A DNA stretch of 64,000 nucleotides from an uncultured Holophagales bacterium. Its GTDB lineage: Bacteria > Acidobacteriota > Thermoanaerobaculia > Multivoradales > UBA5704. The DNA is taken from the NCBI GenBank assembly GCA_963842525.1, contig CAWJGT010000022.1, positions 39,156-103,155 on the forward strand, in the 5' to 3' direction. This document shows positions 30,401 through 39,661 of this stretch, in pieces. A program made the position numbers and the translations under genes. Numbering within the stretch: the stretch's first letter is position 1; each line of letters starts with the position of its first letter. The notes under the pieces were generated by a model that searched no databases, was not told the DNA's origin, and saw nothing but the letters and a program-made list of their open reading frames with translations.

Positions 30401-32966
30401 GGTGCGCGCCCCGTTCTCGGGCAAGCTCCTGGTGACCGTGGAGCGCGACCGGGTCTTCGACACCTGGACCTACGATATGGCCGGCAACACGGCCACCATC
30501 GATGTGCCGATCCGCGGCGAATACCGGCCGAACTCCTACGTCACCGCGACGCTGGTCCGCAAGGTCGCGGACCTGGAGCCGGGCTCGGCCGGCCGCGCCT
30601 TCGGCGCCGTCCCGCTGCCGGTCGACCGCAACGCCAACCATCTGAAGCCGCAGATCGTGGCGCCCAGGGAGATCCGTCCGGGCTCGAAGCTGGACGTCGT
30701 GGTCAAGACCGCTCCGGGCGCCATCGTCACCGTGGCCGCGGTGGACGAGGGCATCCTGCAGTTGATCGCCCAGAAGACGCCCGATCCGTTCGAGTATTTC
30801 TACCGGCGGCTCGCCCTGGGGGTGACCACCTACGACACCTTCAGCCTGCTCCTCCCCGAGGTCAAGCCGGCGCCGGCGGGCGGCGGCGAGGGCGAGGAGG
30901 GGATGGCCCAATACGTGCGGACCGAGGGCATCCGCCGCGTCGAGCCGGTCGCCTTCTGGTCCGGCCCGCTGACGGCGGACGGCGAAGGCAACGTCCGGGT
31001 GAGCTTTCAGGTGCCGGAGTTCCAGGGCGCCCTGCGCCTGATGGCCGTGGCCCATGTGGACGACCGCTTCGGCGCCGCGGAAGAGAAGACCCGGGTGCGC
31101 ACGCCCCTGGTCGTCCTCACCACCCTGCCGCGCATCCTCTCCTTCGAGGAGACCCTCCAGGTGCCGGTCCAGGTGCGCAACGACACCGGCCGGCCCGGCA
31201 AGTTCCAGGCCGGCCTCGCGGCCCAGGGGCCGGTCAAGGTCGAGACCCCGGCCCAGGCGCTGGAGTTGCCGAACGGCCGGGAGAAGACCGTCTACTTCAC
31301 CGTGCGCACCGGCGGCACGCAGGGCAACATCCGCTTCGTGGCCACGGCCAGCGGCAATGGAGAAACAACCCGGTCCACCACCAACGTCTCGGTCCGGCCC
31401 GACCTGCCGCCGGTGGCTGTCGAAGAGGCCGGCTCGGTCGCCAAGGCGACGATGGAGATCGGCGCCGCGAGTACTGGGACGGATACGGCGAAGTACCGGT
31501 CGGTGACCCGGCAGCTCCGCCTCGGTCCGCTGCCGCTGCTCCAATTCGCCGGCAAGCTGGAGCACCTGCTGCACTACCCCTACGGCTGCCTGGAGCAGAC
31601 CCTTTCCAGCTCCTTCCCGCTGATCTACCTGGGCGACCTGGCGCGCGCCTTGGCGCCCGAGGTGCTCGATCCCAAGAAGGGGCACGGCGATCCGGCGGAC
31701 ATGGTGCAGGCCGGCGTCCGGCGGATCGCGGCCATGCAGCTCCCGAGCGGCGGCTTCGCACTCTGGCCGGGCAGCCAGGAGGTCTACCCGTGGGGGAGCA
31801 TCTACGCGACCCACTTCCTGGTGGAGGCGCGGCGGGCCGGGCACCCGGTCGACAGCGGCATGGTGGATTCCGCTCTTCGCTGGCTCGCCGGCGAGGTCAA
31901 GGCCAAGCAGGCCTATGGAACGGAGGAGCTGCAGCGCACCGCCTACGGCCTCTGGATCCTCGCCCGCGCCGGCCGTCCCGACCGCGGCACCATGGACTTC
32001 CTGCGCCAGAAGCAGGCGAACAACCTGCGGCCGGAGTCGCGGGCCATGCTCGCTGCCGCCTACGCCGCGGCGGGCAATCCAAGGGCGGTGCAGGACCTGC
32101 TGGCCAATCTTGGAGACGTTGAACGGGTGGAGCGCCAGACCGGCGGCAACCTCAATTCGGCGATCCGCAACCGTGCCCTGCTCCTGCTCTCGCTGCTCGA
32201 CGCCGCGCCGACCAGCCCGCGCATCCCGGCCCTGGCCGACCGCCTGGCCCGCGACACCCGCGAGGTCCCCTACTGGACGACGCAGGAAGAGTCCTTCGCC
32301 CTCCTCGCCCTCGGCCAGCTCGCCCAGAGGCAGGCGAAGCAGCCCGCATATTCGGGCACGGTCTTGGTGGCAGGCAAGAAGGTCGGCACCTTCACCAACC
32401 AGACCGCGACCTTCCCCGGCCTCCCCGCCGGTCCGATCCGTATCCAGATGAGCCAAGGCTACAAGCCGGGAGCGGCCTTCTACCACGTCCTGACCCGCGG
32501 AGTGCCGACCGACGAAGCCTTCGCGCCGGCCAAGGCGGGCCTGGAAGTCGAGCGCGCCTTCCTCACCCGCGAAGGCCAGCCGGTCGATCTCAACAACATC
32601 CGTCAGGGCGACCTGATCGCCATCAAAGTAAGGGTGCGGAGCGCCTCCGGCCCGGTCAACAACGTGGTGGTCGTCAACCTCCTCCCCTCGGGCCTGGAAG
32701 TGGAAAATCCGCGCCTCCAGACCACCGAGCAGATGCCCTGGCTGACCGACGCCAGCCAGCAGCTCGACTACCTCGACCTGCGAGACGACCGAGTCCTGCT
32801 CTTCGTCGACCTGCCGGCCGGCTCCTGGCAGACCTACTACACCCTCGTCCGGGCAGTGGCCCCCGGCAGCTTCCGCCTGCCGCCGGTCCAGGCCGAGGCC
32901 ATGTACGACCCGGCCCTGCGGGCAACGGGGGAGCGGGGGAGGATCGAGGTGAAGATGCGGGAGTAG
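27484..32966 (+). CDS. yfhM: Bacterial alpha-2-macroglobulin (YfhM type); frameshift ~27790
   Basis: ERDIYRPGE, EEFVPDR, AAVDEGILQL, thioester YPYGCLEQ, DLRDDR, AEAMY. Confidence 0.95.
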
Positions 32967-33020
32967 GAGGCGCTGAGGCGGCCTTGGGGATATGCTCAGG
33001 GAGGCTCTGCAGGAGACCGC

Positions 33021-34712
33021 ATGGAGACGAAGACAACCACGATCCAGGAGCTTCTCGAGTTCCTATCCCCGGACCTTGCACGCAGCGAGACCCCTCCTGC
33101 CTGGCCGCCGGACGCCTTCGGGCTGACGGCGGCGCTGCTGCTCGAGTCGGGCGCCTACCTCTCAGTCGTCAAGGAGTGGCCGATTGCAGGCTCCGTGCAG
33201 GAGGGTTTTCTGGATTGTGCGCCTGGAAAATGGGCGAAAAAGGTCGAAGAGATCGGCAAGGCATGGCGCAGGAGCGAGGCATGGCGGACTCCCGGTAAAG
33301 CACCCATCCCGGAAGAGGTCACTCACTGGTGGCGTATCATCCGCTCGAAGGGAAATCGACCCCTAGCACAGATCAGGGAGCACAAAGCGGTTTTCTGCGC
33401 GCTGTTACAAATCTGCGCCGCTGCCGACGAAGCGTCGTATTCAGTGGGATTGGCAGAAGAGAGAGATGCCTTCGGCGATGACGCCGAGTCGGTGCTGCTG
33501 CCGAATAGAAAGACCGGCTCCACTCTTTGCAAGCAGATCGATCCTTCCAAGCTTCGCGTTCTCCCCAAGGGCCATACTCCGCAGACGGGGATTACCCTGC
33601 GCTCGCTCTCACTCTACCTGTCCCTCGAGACCGGCTCTGACGTGACACCCCTCTGGTTCACTGCAAGCCTGAAGCAGGAGGAGCCTCATGGCCCAACTGG
33701 TCAGGAGGAGTCTCACAGCCTGAGCCTGCTTCTGATCCCTTGGCCGGCACGTGTGACGCCGAGGCAGTTCGTGCCCGCGCAGCCAAGCGGTGGCCACCTC
33801 CTGAACATGCCGAGAAAAAAGTTCGGTTTTTTCACCTATCGCAGCACGTCCGACCCCGCGGCGTTGAAGACGATTGGTGAAATCTATCAGGCCGCGGTGG
33901 AGCTGACGGGCCATATCGATGGCGTGATCCTGCCGGAGCTCGCTCTGGACGAATCTGAGTACGATTCGATCCGCGATTGGGTGACTGGGCAGAAGAGCTT
34001 CCTGATCGCCGGAGTGGGCGCTGCCGGCGAGGGCCTGGAAACGGGTAAGAACAAGGTGGCCATCGAGGTGCCGACGGGGAAAGTGGAGGAGATGGAGAAG
34101 GGTCATCACATCAGTGCCTTCCAGGACAAGCACCACCGCTGGCGTCTCGATCGTTCACAAATAGTCCAGTACGGGCTCGGCGGCCAGCTAGATCCTGAGC
34201 GGCTCTGGTGGGAGAACATCAGCGCGGAAGCCCGACATCTCACGTTTATCTCGCTTCAATCTTGGCTGTCGGTCTGCGCGCTCATCTGTGAGGACCTGGC
34301 CCGTCAAGAGCCAGTCGCCCGGCTCGTACGGGCGGTGGGGCCCAACCTCGTGATCGCGCTGCTCATGGATGGTCCCCAGCTCACATCCCGTTGGCCCGCA
34401 CGCTACGCCACGGTGCTGGCAGACGATCCCGGTTCCTCCGTCCTGACCTTCACGAGCATCGGCATGTGCGAGTTTTCCCGGCCGGCGGGCAAGCCGGCGT
34501 CACGAACGGTCGCTCTGTGGAAGGACTCTTTCTCCGGAGAAACCCGGGAGATCGACCTGCCTGTCGGCGCGGAAGGCCTTGTTCTCAACCTGGTCCGCCG
34601 AATGGGCGAGGAGTGGACGGCCGATGGCAGGTCCGACGGCGGCAACGCTGGGTATCCCGCCCTGGCGGGGGTGCATCCCGTCTTCGTGAGCAGACCGCAG
34701 AGAGGCGGATGA
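33021..34712 (+). CDS. Conserved hypothetical protein with C-terminal nitrilase/carbon-nitrogen-hydrolase-like domain
   Basis: GVILPELAL (Glu), QDKHHRW (Lys), LICEDLAR (Cys) match the nitrilase E-K-C triad pattern. Confidence 0.7.
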   Translation: METKTTTIQELLEFLSPDLARSETPPAWPPDAFGLTAALLLESGAYLSVVKEWPIAGSVQEGFLDCAPGKWAKKVEEIGKAWRRSEAWRTPGKAPIPEEVTHWWRIIRSKGNRPLAQIREHKAVFCALLQICAAADEASYSVGLAEERDAFGDDAESVLLPNRKTGSTLCKQIDPSKLRVLPKGHTPQTGITLRSLSLYLSLETGSDVTPLWFTASLKQEEPHGPTGQEESHSLSLLLIPWPARVTPRQFVPAQPSGGHLLNMPRKKFGFFTYRSTSDPAALKTIGEIYQAAVELTGHIDGVILPELALDESEYDSIRDWVTGQKSFLIAGVGAAGEGLETGKNKVAIEVPTGKVEEMEKGHHISAFQDKHHRWRLDRSQIVQYGLGGQLDPERLWWENISAEARHLTFISLQSWLSVCALICEDLARQEPVARLVRAVGPNLVIALLMDGPQLTSRWPARYATVLADDPGSSVLTFTSIGMCEFSRPAGKPASRTVALWKDSFSGETREIDLPVGAEGLVLNLVRRMGEEWTADGRSDGGNAGYPALAGVHPVFVSRPQRGG

Positions 34713-34781
34713 GAGGATAAGAGTCATCCCGGGCGGTGAAAAGGTACCTGTGCTATTCTTGCGGCGTGGAGGTGATCCTCA

Positions 34782-35003
34782 GTGACAGAGCTTGACCCGT
34801 TCGATGCTTCAATTCTTCATGTCCTGGCCCGAGTGTCAGAGGACCGGCTAGATCTGCGGGAGCAACTGCTCGGTCGTCTGAGCACCGACGAGGGCAAGAA
34901 AATCGCCCGCGCGATCTTGTCGGACGACCCCGAACAGCTCGATGTCTCCGAAGATGTAAAAGTAACCGCAGCTTCGCTGAAGCGGGCTGTCGGCAAGCGC
35001 TGA
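34782..35003 (+). CDS. Small hypothetical protein
   Basis: 73 aa; GGAGGTG RBS upstream of GTG. Confidence 0.55.
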   Translation: MTELDPFDASILHVLARVSEDRLDLREQLLGRLSTDEGKKIARAILSDDPEQLDVSEDVKVTAASLKRAVGKR

Positions 35004-35032
35004 GCTGCCACGGACCGACGCCGGTCCCTCTT

Positions 35033-35410
35033 CTACTTGCACACCCGGCGCTGCGTCACCTGCCGGGCCTCGACCCTGCAGACCGCAAACTGGCGGTTAC
35101 GGGCGGCGATCTCGTCCACCAGGCGCAGGCGCTCCTCCGTGACCTGGGCCAACTCGGTTTGGGCTCCCTTCCGCGTGCGCTGCTCGGCACGCAGGCGCCG
35201 GTCTTTCGCGGCAAGCTCGGCGAAGAGCTGCTCTTCCCGCTCGTCGGCGATGCGCTGTACCGAGGCGACGGCCGCTGCACGGTCGAGGACGAGACGCTGG
35301 ACGAGCGCGCGGTTTTCGGCGGCACGGTCGGGAGAGGGAGCCTGGCCCTGGACCGGAGCCGGTAGGATGCTGCTCGCGATGAGGGCCACAAGGAGGAACG
35401 AGGGCCGCAT
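35033..35410 (-). CDS. Secreted coiled-coil protein, probably truncated
   Basis: Signal peptide plus heptad-rich helix, abrupt end. Confidence 0.5.
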   Translation of the reverse strand: MRPSFLLVALIASSILPAPVQGQAPSPDRAAENRALVQRLVLDRAAAVASVQRIADEREEQLFAELAAKDRRLRAEQRTRKGAQTELAQVTEERLRLVDEIAARNRQFAVCRVEARQVTQRRVCK

Positions 35411-35581
35411 GCCGTACTCCTCGCTGCGCCTGGAACAGGCCAGCCACAAGATTAAAGACTTATCTACCAAACAATAGCATGGGCGGCGTGGCGAGGCGCT
35501 TGGTGCTCTGGTGCGGAAGCTCGGTTAGGCCCGCGAGAGTGTCTGCCGGGATCGGTTCTGCTCTCGGTTCAGCCCGGAGGT

Positions 35582-35682
35582 CTCGCGGCCTTACAGGCCG
35601 CCTGAATGTGGGGACCTATTGACCCGGGGCATCGGCCTTCGGCCTCAGCCCCGGGCTGGAGTCTCCCGGCCCGTTGGGCCGG
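35582..35682. repeat. Family-2 REP-like repeat (single arm)
   Basis: GACCCGGGGCATCGGCCTTCGGCCTCAGCCCCGGGCTGG..CCGGCCCGTTGGGCCGG, nearly identical to 53011-53072. Confidence 0.85.
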
Positions 35683-35725
35683 CTTGGACGCTTCCCGGCT
35701 CCGCAGTGGGGGAAGGCAACTGGAG

Positions 35726-35911
35726 CAGCGCCTCGAGACAGTGGCTCAGCGCACGCTCCGCAAAGCCAGTGTGAGCTCACACTGGCGCAGCGTGTCGGGA
35801 CGCTGGCCCAGCGTGCGCTCCGCAAAACCAGCGTGAGCTCACACTGGCGCAGTGTCTCGAGACGCTGCGCCAGCGTACGCTCCGCAAACCCAGCGTCAGC
35901 TCGCGCTGGGC
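35726..35911. repeat. 62-bp-period (20+21+21) array of palindromic units
   Basis: CAG-initiated units at 35726, 35747, 35767, 35788, 35809, 35829, 35850, 35871, 35891. Confidence 0.85.
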
Positions 35912-35981
35912 TACCCTCTTCAGAGTCTTGACCTCCGGGTATCTACGTGATTACGATGTGGGTACGACGGGGCACAAGACC

Positions 35982-36233
35982 ATGAGAACACACATCATCC
36001 GGATCGGTAATTCCCAGGGAGTGCGGATCCCGAAACCCCTCCTCCAGCAAACCGGCCTCAAGGATGAGGTCGAAATCGAGGTCGAGGGCAGCCATCTGGT
36101 GCTGCGTCCAGTCGCCAAGCCGCGAGCCGGCTGGGCGGAGAGCTTTCAAGCGATGGCTCGCGAAGGGGACGACGAGATGCTCGACCCCGAGCTTGCAGCG
36201 AGCCGGTGGGATGAGGACGAGTGGCGGTGGTGA
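35982..36233 (+). CDS. mazE: AbrB/MazE family antitoxin
   Basis: IIRIGNSQGVRIPKPLL..PRAGWAE..DEDEW. Confidence 0.95.
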   Translation: MRTHIIRIGNSQGVRIPKPLLQQTGLKDEVEIEVEGSHLVLRPVAKPRAGWAESFQAMAREGDDEMLDPELAASRWDEDEWRW

Positions 36234-36550
36234 TCGACCGTGCGAGCGTGTACCTTGTCACGCTGGACCCGACGGTCGGGAGCGAAATCCAGAAGACGAG
36301 GCCTTGCCTGGTCATCTCTCCTGATGAAATCAATCATTTCATCCGCACGGTGATCATTGCGCCGCTGACCACGAAGGGGCGGCCGTATCCGACTCGCGTC
36401 CCCTGCCGTTTTGAAGGCACCGAGGGTCAAGTGGTTCTGGATCAGATCCGAACTGTCGATTCGTCCAGGCTGGTCAAGAAGCTTGGTGCAGTGGATGCGG
36501 AGACCATGACGGCAGTCCTCGAGACACTGCAGGAAATGTTCTCGCCCTAG
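36221..36550 (+). CDS. mazF: PemK/MazF endoribonuclease toxin
   Basis: LDPTVGSEIQKTRPCLVISP..DQIRTVD; overlaps mazE. Confidence 0.96.
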   Translation: MAVVIDRASVYLVTLDPTVGSEIQKTRPCLVISPDEINHFIRTVIIAPLTTKGRPYPTRVPCRFEGTEGQVVLDQIRTVDSSRLVKKLGAVDAETMTAVLETLQEMFSP

Positions 36551-36558
36551 GGGGCGCC

Positions 36559-37353
36559 TTGAGCCTCTTGCGGAGATCACGACCTCAGCCGCCCAGGCCG
36601 CCTCTGCCTCCCGACAATCTCCTCAGCGGCCTGGGTCCGGGAGACTATTGGGAGGTCGGCTCGCAGACCGTCTCCCTGATCGAGCGCACGGTCGGTGTGC
36701 GCCGTTCCGACAGGGTGCTCGACGTCGGCTGCGGCCTCGGCCGGATCGCCTGGCCTTTGGCCCGGCGCCTCGGCCGGCGGGGAAGCTATACGGGCCTCGA
36801 CGCAGCCGGGGTGTACATCGACTGGTGCAGGAGCAACCTGGCGCTCGACCCGCAACGCTTCACCTTCCACCATGCGGACCTGCGCAGCACTGCCTACAAC
36901 ACACACGGCACGATCCTCCCCGAAGAGTTCACCTTCCCCTGGACCGATGGGTCGTTCGACCTCACGGTGGCCACGTCGATCTTCACCCACCTGCTCCCCG
37001 GGGCCGTCGAGCGCTATCTGGGCGAGATCGCCAGGACCCTGCGTCCCGGCGGCCGGCTCTACTCGTCGTTTTTTCTCCTCGACGACGAAGGGAAGAGAGC
37101 CGTTGCCGCGGGCTTCACCTATCCGACTTTCACGACGCCGATCGAGCACGGGATCGTGCACGACCCAGAGGTGCCGGAGGACGGGGTCGCTTATGACCCG
37201 GACTGGGTTTTCAGTATCTTTGCGGCAGCCGGGCTCGAAGTGACCGCCGTCCATTCCGGCCATTGGAAGGAGTGGGCGGAGCCGGACAGGCCTACGTATC
37301 AGGATCTCGTCCTGGCGGTCCGGAGCCCGAGGAAAAGGCGTTGGTGGGGGTAG
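36559..37353 (+). CDS. Class I SAM-dependent methyltransferase
   Basis: VLDVGCGLGRIA, FD...SIFTHL, LRPGG. Confidence 0.92.
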   Translation: MSLLRRSRPQPPRPPLPPDNLLSGLGPGDYWEVGSQTVSLIERTVGVRRSDRVLDVGCGLGRIAWPLARRLGRRGSYTGLDAAGVYIDWCRSNLALDPQRFTFHHADLRSTAYNTHGTILPEEFTFPWTDGSFDLTVATSIFTHLLPGAVERYLGEIARTLRPGGRLYSSFFLLDDEGKRAVAAGFTYPTFTTPIEHGIVHDPEVPEDGVAYDPDWVFSIFAAAGLEVTAVHSGHWKEWAEPDRPTYQDLVLAVRSPRKRRWWG

Positions 37354-39583
37354 GAATCCACCACACAGCCCCCGCCGCCAGCCCCAGCGCGGCCAGGATG
37401 CATCCCCACAGGAACGACCGCGGCCGGTAGAGCAGATCGATCCTGTGCTCGCCGGCCGGGAGGGGCACGGCGACGAACGGGCCGTCCAGCATCCCCGCCG
37501 GCACAGAGCGGCCGTCTACGAGCGCTCGCCAGCCGCCGTCCTGGAAGATGCTGGAGGCGAGCATGGCTTCACCTCCGGTCGGAGATTGTGCCTGCACCCA
37601 CTGGGCTTCGAGGCGCTGGATGCGGACCCGTCCCTGGGGGTAGAGATAGACCCGGGGGAAGGGGCCCGGCACCTGCCAGATCCAGGCGTCCTCGCCTGCG
37701 AAGACGCGCTTCAGCGGCGCCGGCAGCTCGCGGCCGGGAGCGGTCAGCAGAGAGCGGACGCCCAGGCGCGGGTAGAGCGGGTGGGTGGGGACGCCGAGCT
37801 CGGGGATCTCGCTCCACCAGGCGGCGATGACCGGGGAGATGTGATCCACATAGGCCCGCGGCGCCATGGGATTGAAGATCCGGACGTCGGCGAGCCCGTA
37901 GAGCGACGGGACGTTGGGCGGGAAGTCCCGTCCCAGGGCCGCCATCCGGGTGCGCTTCAGGTTGTCCTGGAGGAAACGGATCGCGGGGGTGGCCGGCAGG
38001 GCGAGATGCTGCGGCATCGGCGGGTTGGCCGGCAGGTGGAGCAGGAGGAGCTCGGCCGCGATGAGGCCCGCCACGGCGGGAGGCATCCAGCGCCGGCCCC
38101 GCGTCGCCACCAGCAGCAGGACGGTCAGGACGAGGAACCTCCCCTGCCAGCGCAGCCAGCCGAAGCGCAGGATCGCCAGCAGCTCCGGATTGGTTGGATG
38201 AGGATGGGCGACGTAGCCCCAGGCGATCACCAGCCCGAGCCCGGCCGCCGCCGCCAGCACCGGCCAGCGGCGCGCCTCACCGGTCCGGAACCGCTCCAGG
38301 GTACACGCGCCCACATAGGCCAGGCAGAGGGAGAGCGGCAGCAGGAGGCGGCGGCTGCCGTAGATCGATCCCACGGTGGGCAGCACGGCGAGCAAGAGAA
38401 GACAGATTGCCACGGCCGCGAGCGCCAGCCGCTCCTGGGGGAACCGACGTTGGCCTTTTCGAATCCCCAGAGCCAGCAGGGCGGCGAGGAGCGTGGCTGT
38501 GCCCACGAAGCCGCTGGCGTCCTCGTTGGTGTTGGTGAGCCCCCAGTAGTCGACATAGCGGCTGTTGCCATAGGCGTTGGGAGCCGCCAGGGGGAGCCAT
38601 CTCCGGGCGAGCTCGTCTCCTGATTCCGGAAGCTTCCACCCTTCGAGCCCCACTCCGGCGACGCGCAGGAGGGAAACCCGCAGGGTCTTCGGGAGCAGCT
38701 CGACGGTAGGCAGGAGCAGGGGAGCGGCAGTCAAGCCAGCTATGCCCATGGCGGCGACCGCTGCGAGCAGGCGCCGCCGGCGGACCGCGGCCGACGTGCC
38801 ATCGGTCCCGTCAAACGCCTGGCTGGCCGCGAACGCCAGCGCCAGACCGAAGGCGTAGACCGTGGTCTCGGGATGGCCGCTGGCCAGCAGGGAGAAGGAC
38901 CCGAGTGCCAGAAGGACGAAATCGCGCCGGCCGCCGAGCTGCCGGCAGCGGGCCAGGGCATAGAGGACGAGAGGGAGGAACGCGGCCGAATTGGCGATCG
39001 GCCAGCCCACCCAGAGGAGCACGAAGCCGCCGAGACCATAGGCGAAGGCCCCGGCGAGAGACGACCCCGTGCTCAGCCCCTGCCGGCGCATCCAGAGGAA
39101 GGCGAAGACCAGGGCCGTGAAGACCCGCAGCGCCGCGGTCACCCCGGCGGCCCGCATCCAGGGCAGGGGTGTGGCCAGGACGATCAGCGGCTGGAAGGCC
39201 TGTGCCTGGGGATCGGCGAGGAGAGGCATCCCGGCCCCGACCCGTGCGTTCCACAGCGGCCACCGGCCCGCGGCCCAGGCCTCGCGCACAGAGGCGACCG
39301 ACGGGCCAACCAGCTCGATCAGGTCTCCCTGGAGGAAGTTGCCATGGGGATCCATGGGCGGGAGACCCTGGAACGGCGGGTGCCCCCGCAGGCTGTCCAG
39401 AGGGAGGAGGAGCTTGCCCCCGAAGAGCACCGGCCCGAAGAGGATCAGGAGGGCGAGGCCGAACGCAGAGGCCACCGTCCAAGGCACCCGGTCATACCAC
39501 CGCCGGAGGGCCGCCAGGAGCAGCCAGGCGAGGAGGCCCACCCAGAGGCCAGGCAGCAGGTCCACCGGATGCCAATCGGGCAT
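37292..39583 (-). CDS. YfhO-family membrane protein (GT-C-like)
   Basis: GRWPLWN..GAGMPLLADPQ, many TM helices, GWRALVDG..GEHRIDLLYRP; ATG at 39583. Confidence 0.85.
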   Translation of the reverse strand: MPDWHPVDLLPGLWVGLLAWLLLAALRRWYDRVPWTVASAFGLALLILFGPVLFGGKLLLPLDSLRGHPPFQGLPPMDPHGNFLQGDLIELVGPSVASVREAWAAGRWPLWNARVGAGMPLLADPQAQAFQPLIVLATPLPWMRAAGVTAALRVFTALVFAFLWMRRQGLSTGSSLAGAFAYGLGGFVLLWVGWPIANSAAFLPLVLYALARCRQLGGRRDFVLLALGSFSLLASGHPETTVYAFGLALAFAASQAFDGTDGTSAAVRRRRLLAAVAAMGIAGLTAAPLLLPTVELLPKTLRVSLLRVAGVGLEGWKLPESGDELARRWLPLAAPNAYGNSRYVDYWGLTNTNEDASGFVGTATLLAALLALGIRKGQRRFPQERLALAAVAICLLLLAVLPTVGSIYGSRRLLLPLSLCLAYVGACTLERFRTGEARRWPVLAAAAGLGLVIAWGYVAHPHPTNPELLAILRFGWLRWQGRFLVLTVLLLVATRGRRWMPPAVAGLIAAELLLLHLPANPPMPQHLALPATPAIRFLQDNLKRTRMAALGRDFPPNVPSLYGLADVRIFNPMAPRAYVDHISPVIAAWWSEIPELGVPTHPLYPRLGVRSLLTAPGRELPAPLKRVFAGEDAWIWQVPGPFPRVYLYPQGRVRIQRLEAQWVQAQSPTGGEAMLASSIFQDGGWRALVDGRSVPAGMLDGPFVAVPLPAGEHRIDLLYRPRSFLWGCILAALGLAAGAVWWIPTPTNAFSSGSGPPGRDPDT

Positions 39584-39661
39584 GACGGCGGGAGTGTAGC
39601 CGGGATGGTGTTGGGATCCCCACCATCTGTGCTTGCCCGGCCGGGGAGCGCGTCGGTTAAT

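Noticed and set aside
27612-32486. Very long antisense ORFs (also 23937-26777, 44423-46816, 48681-51302)
   Set aside because: Shadow frames of high-GC3 genes with no domain motifs
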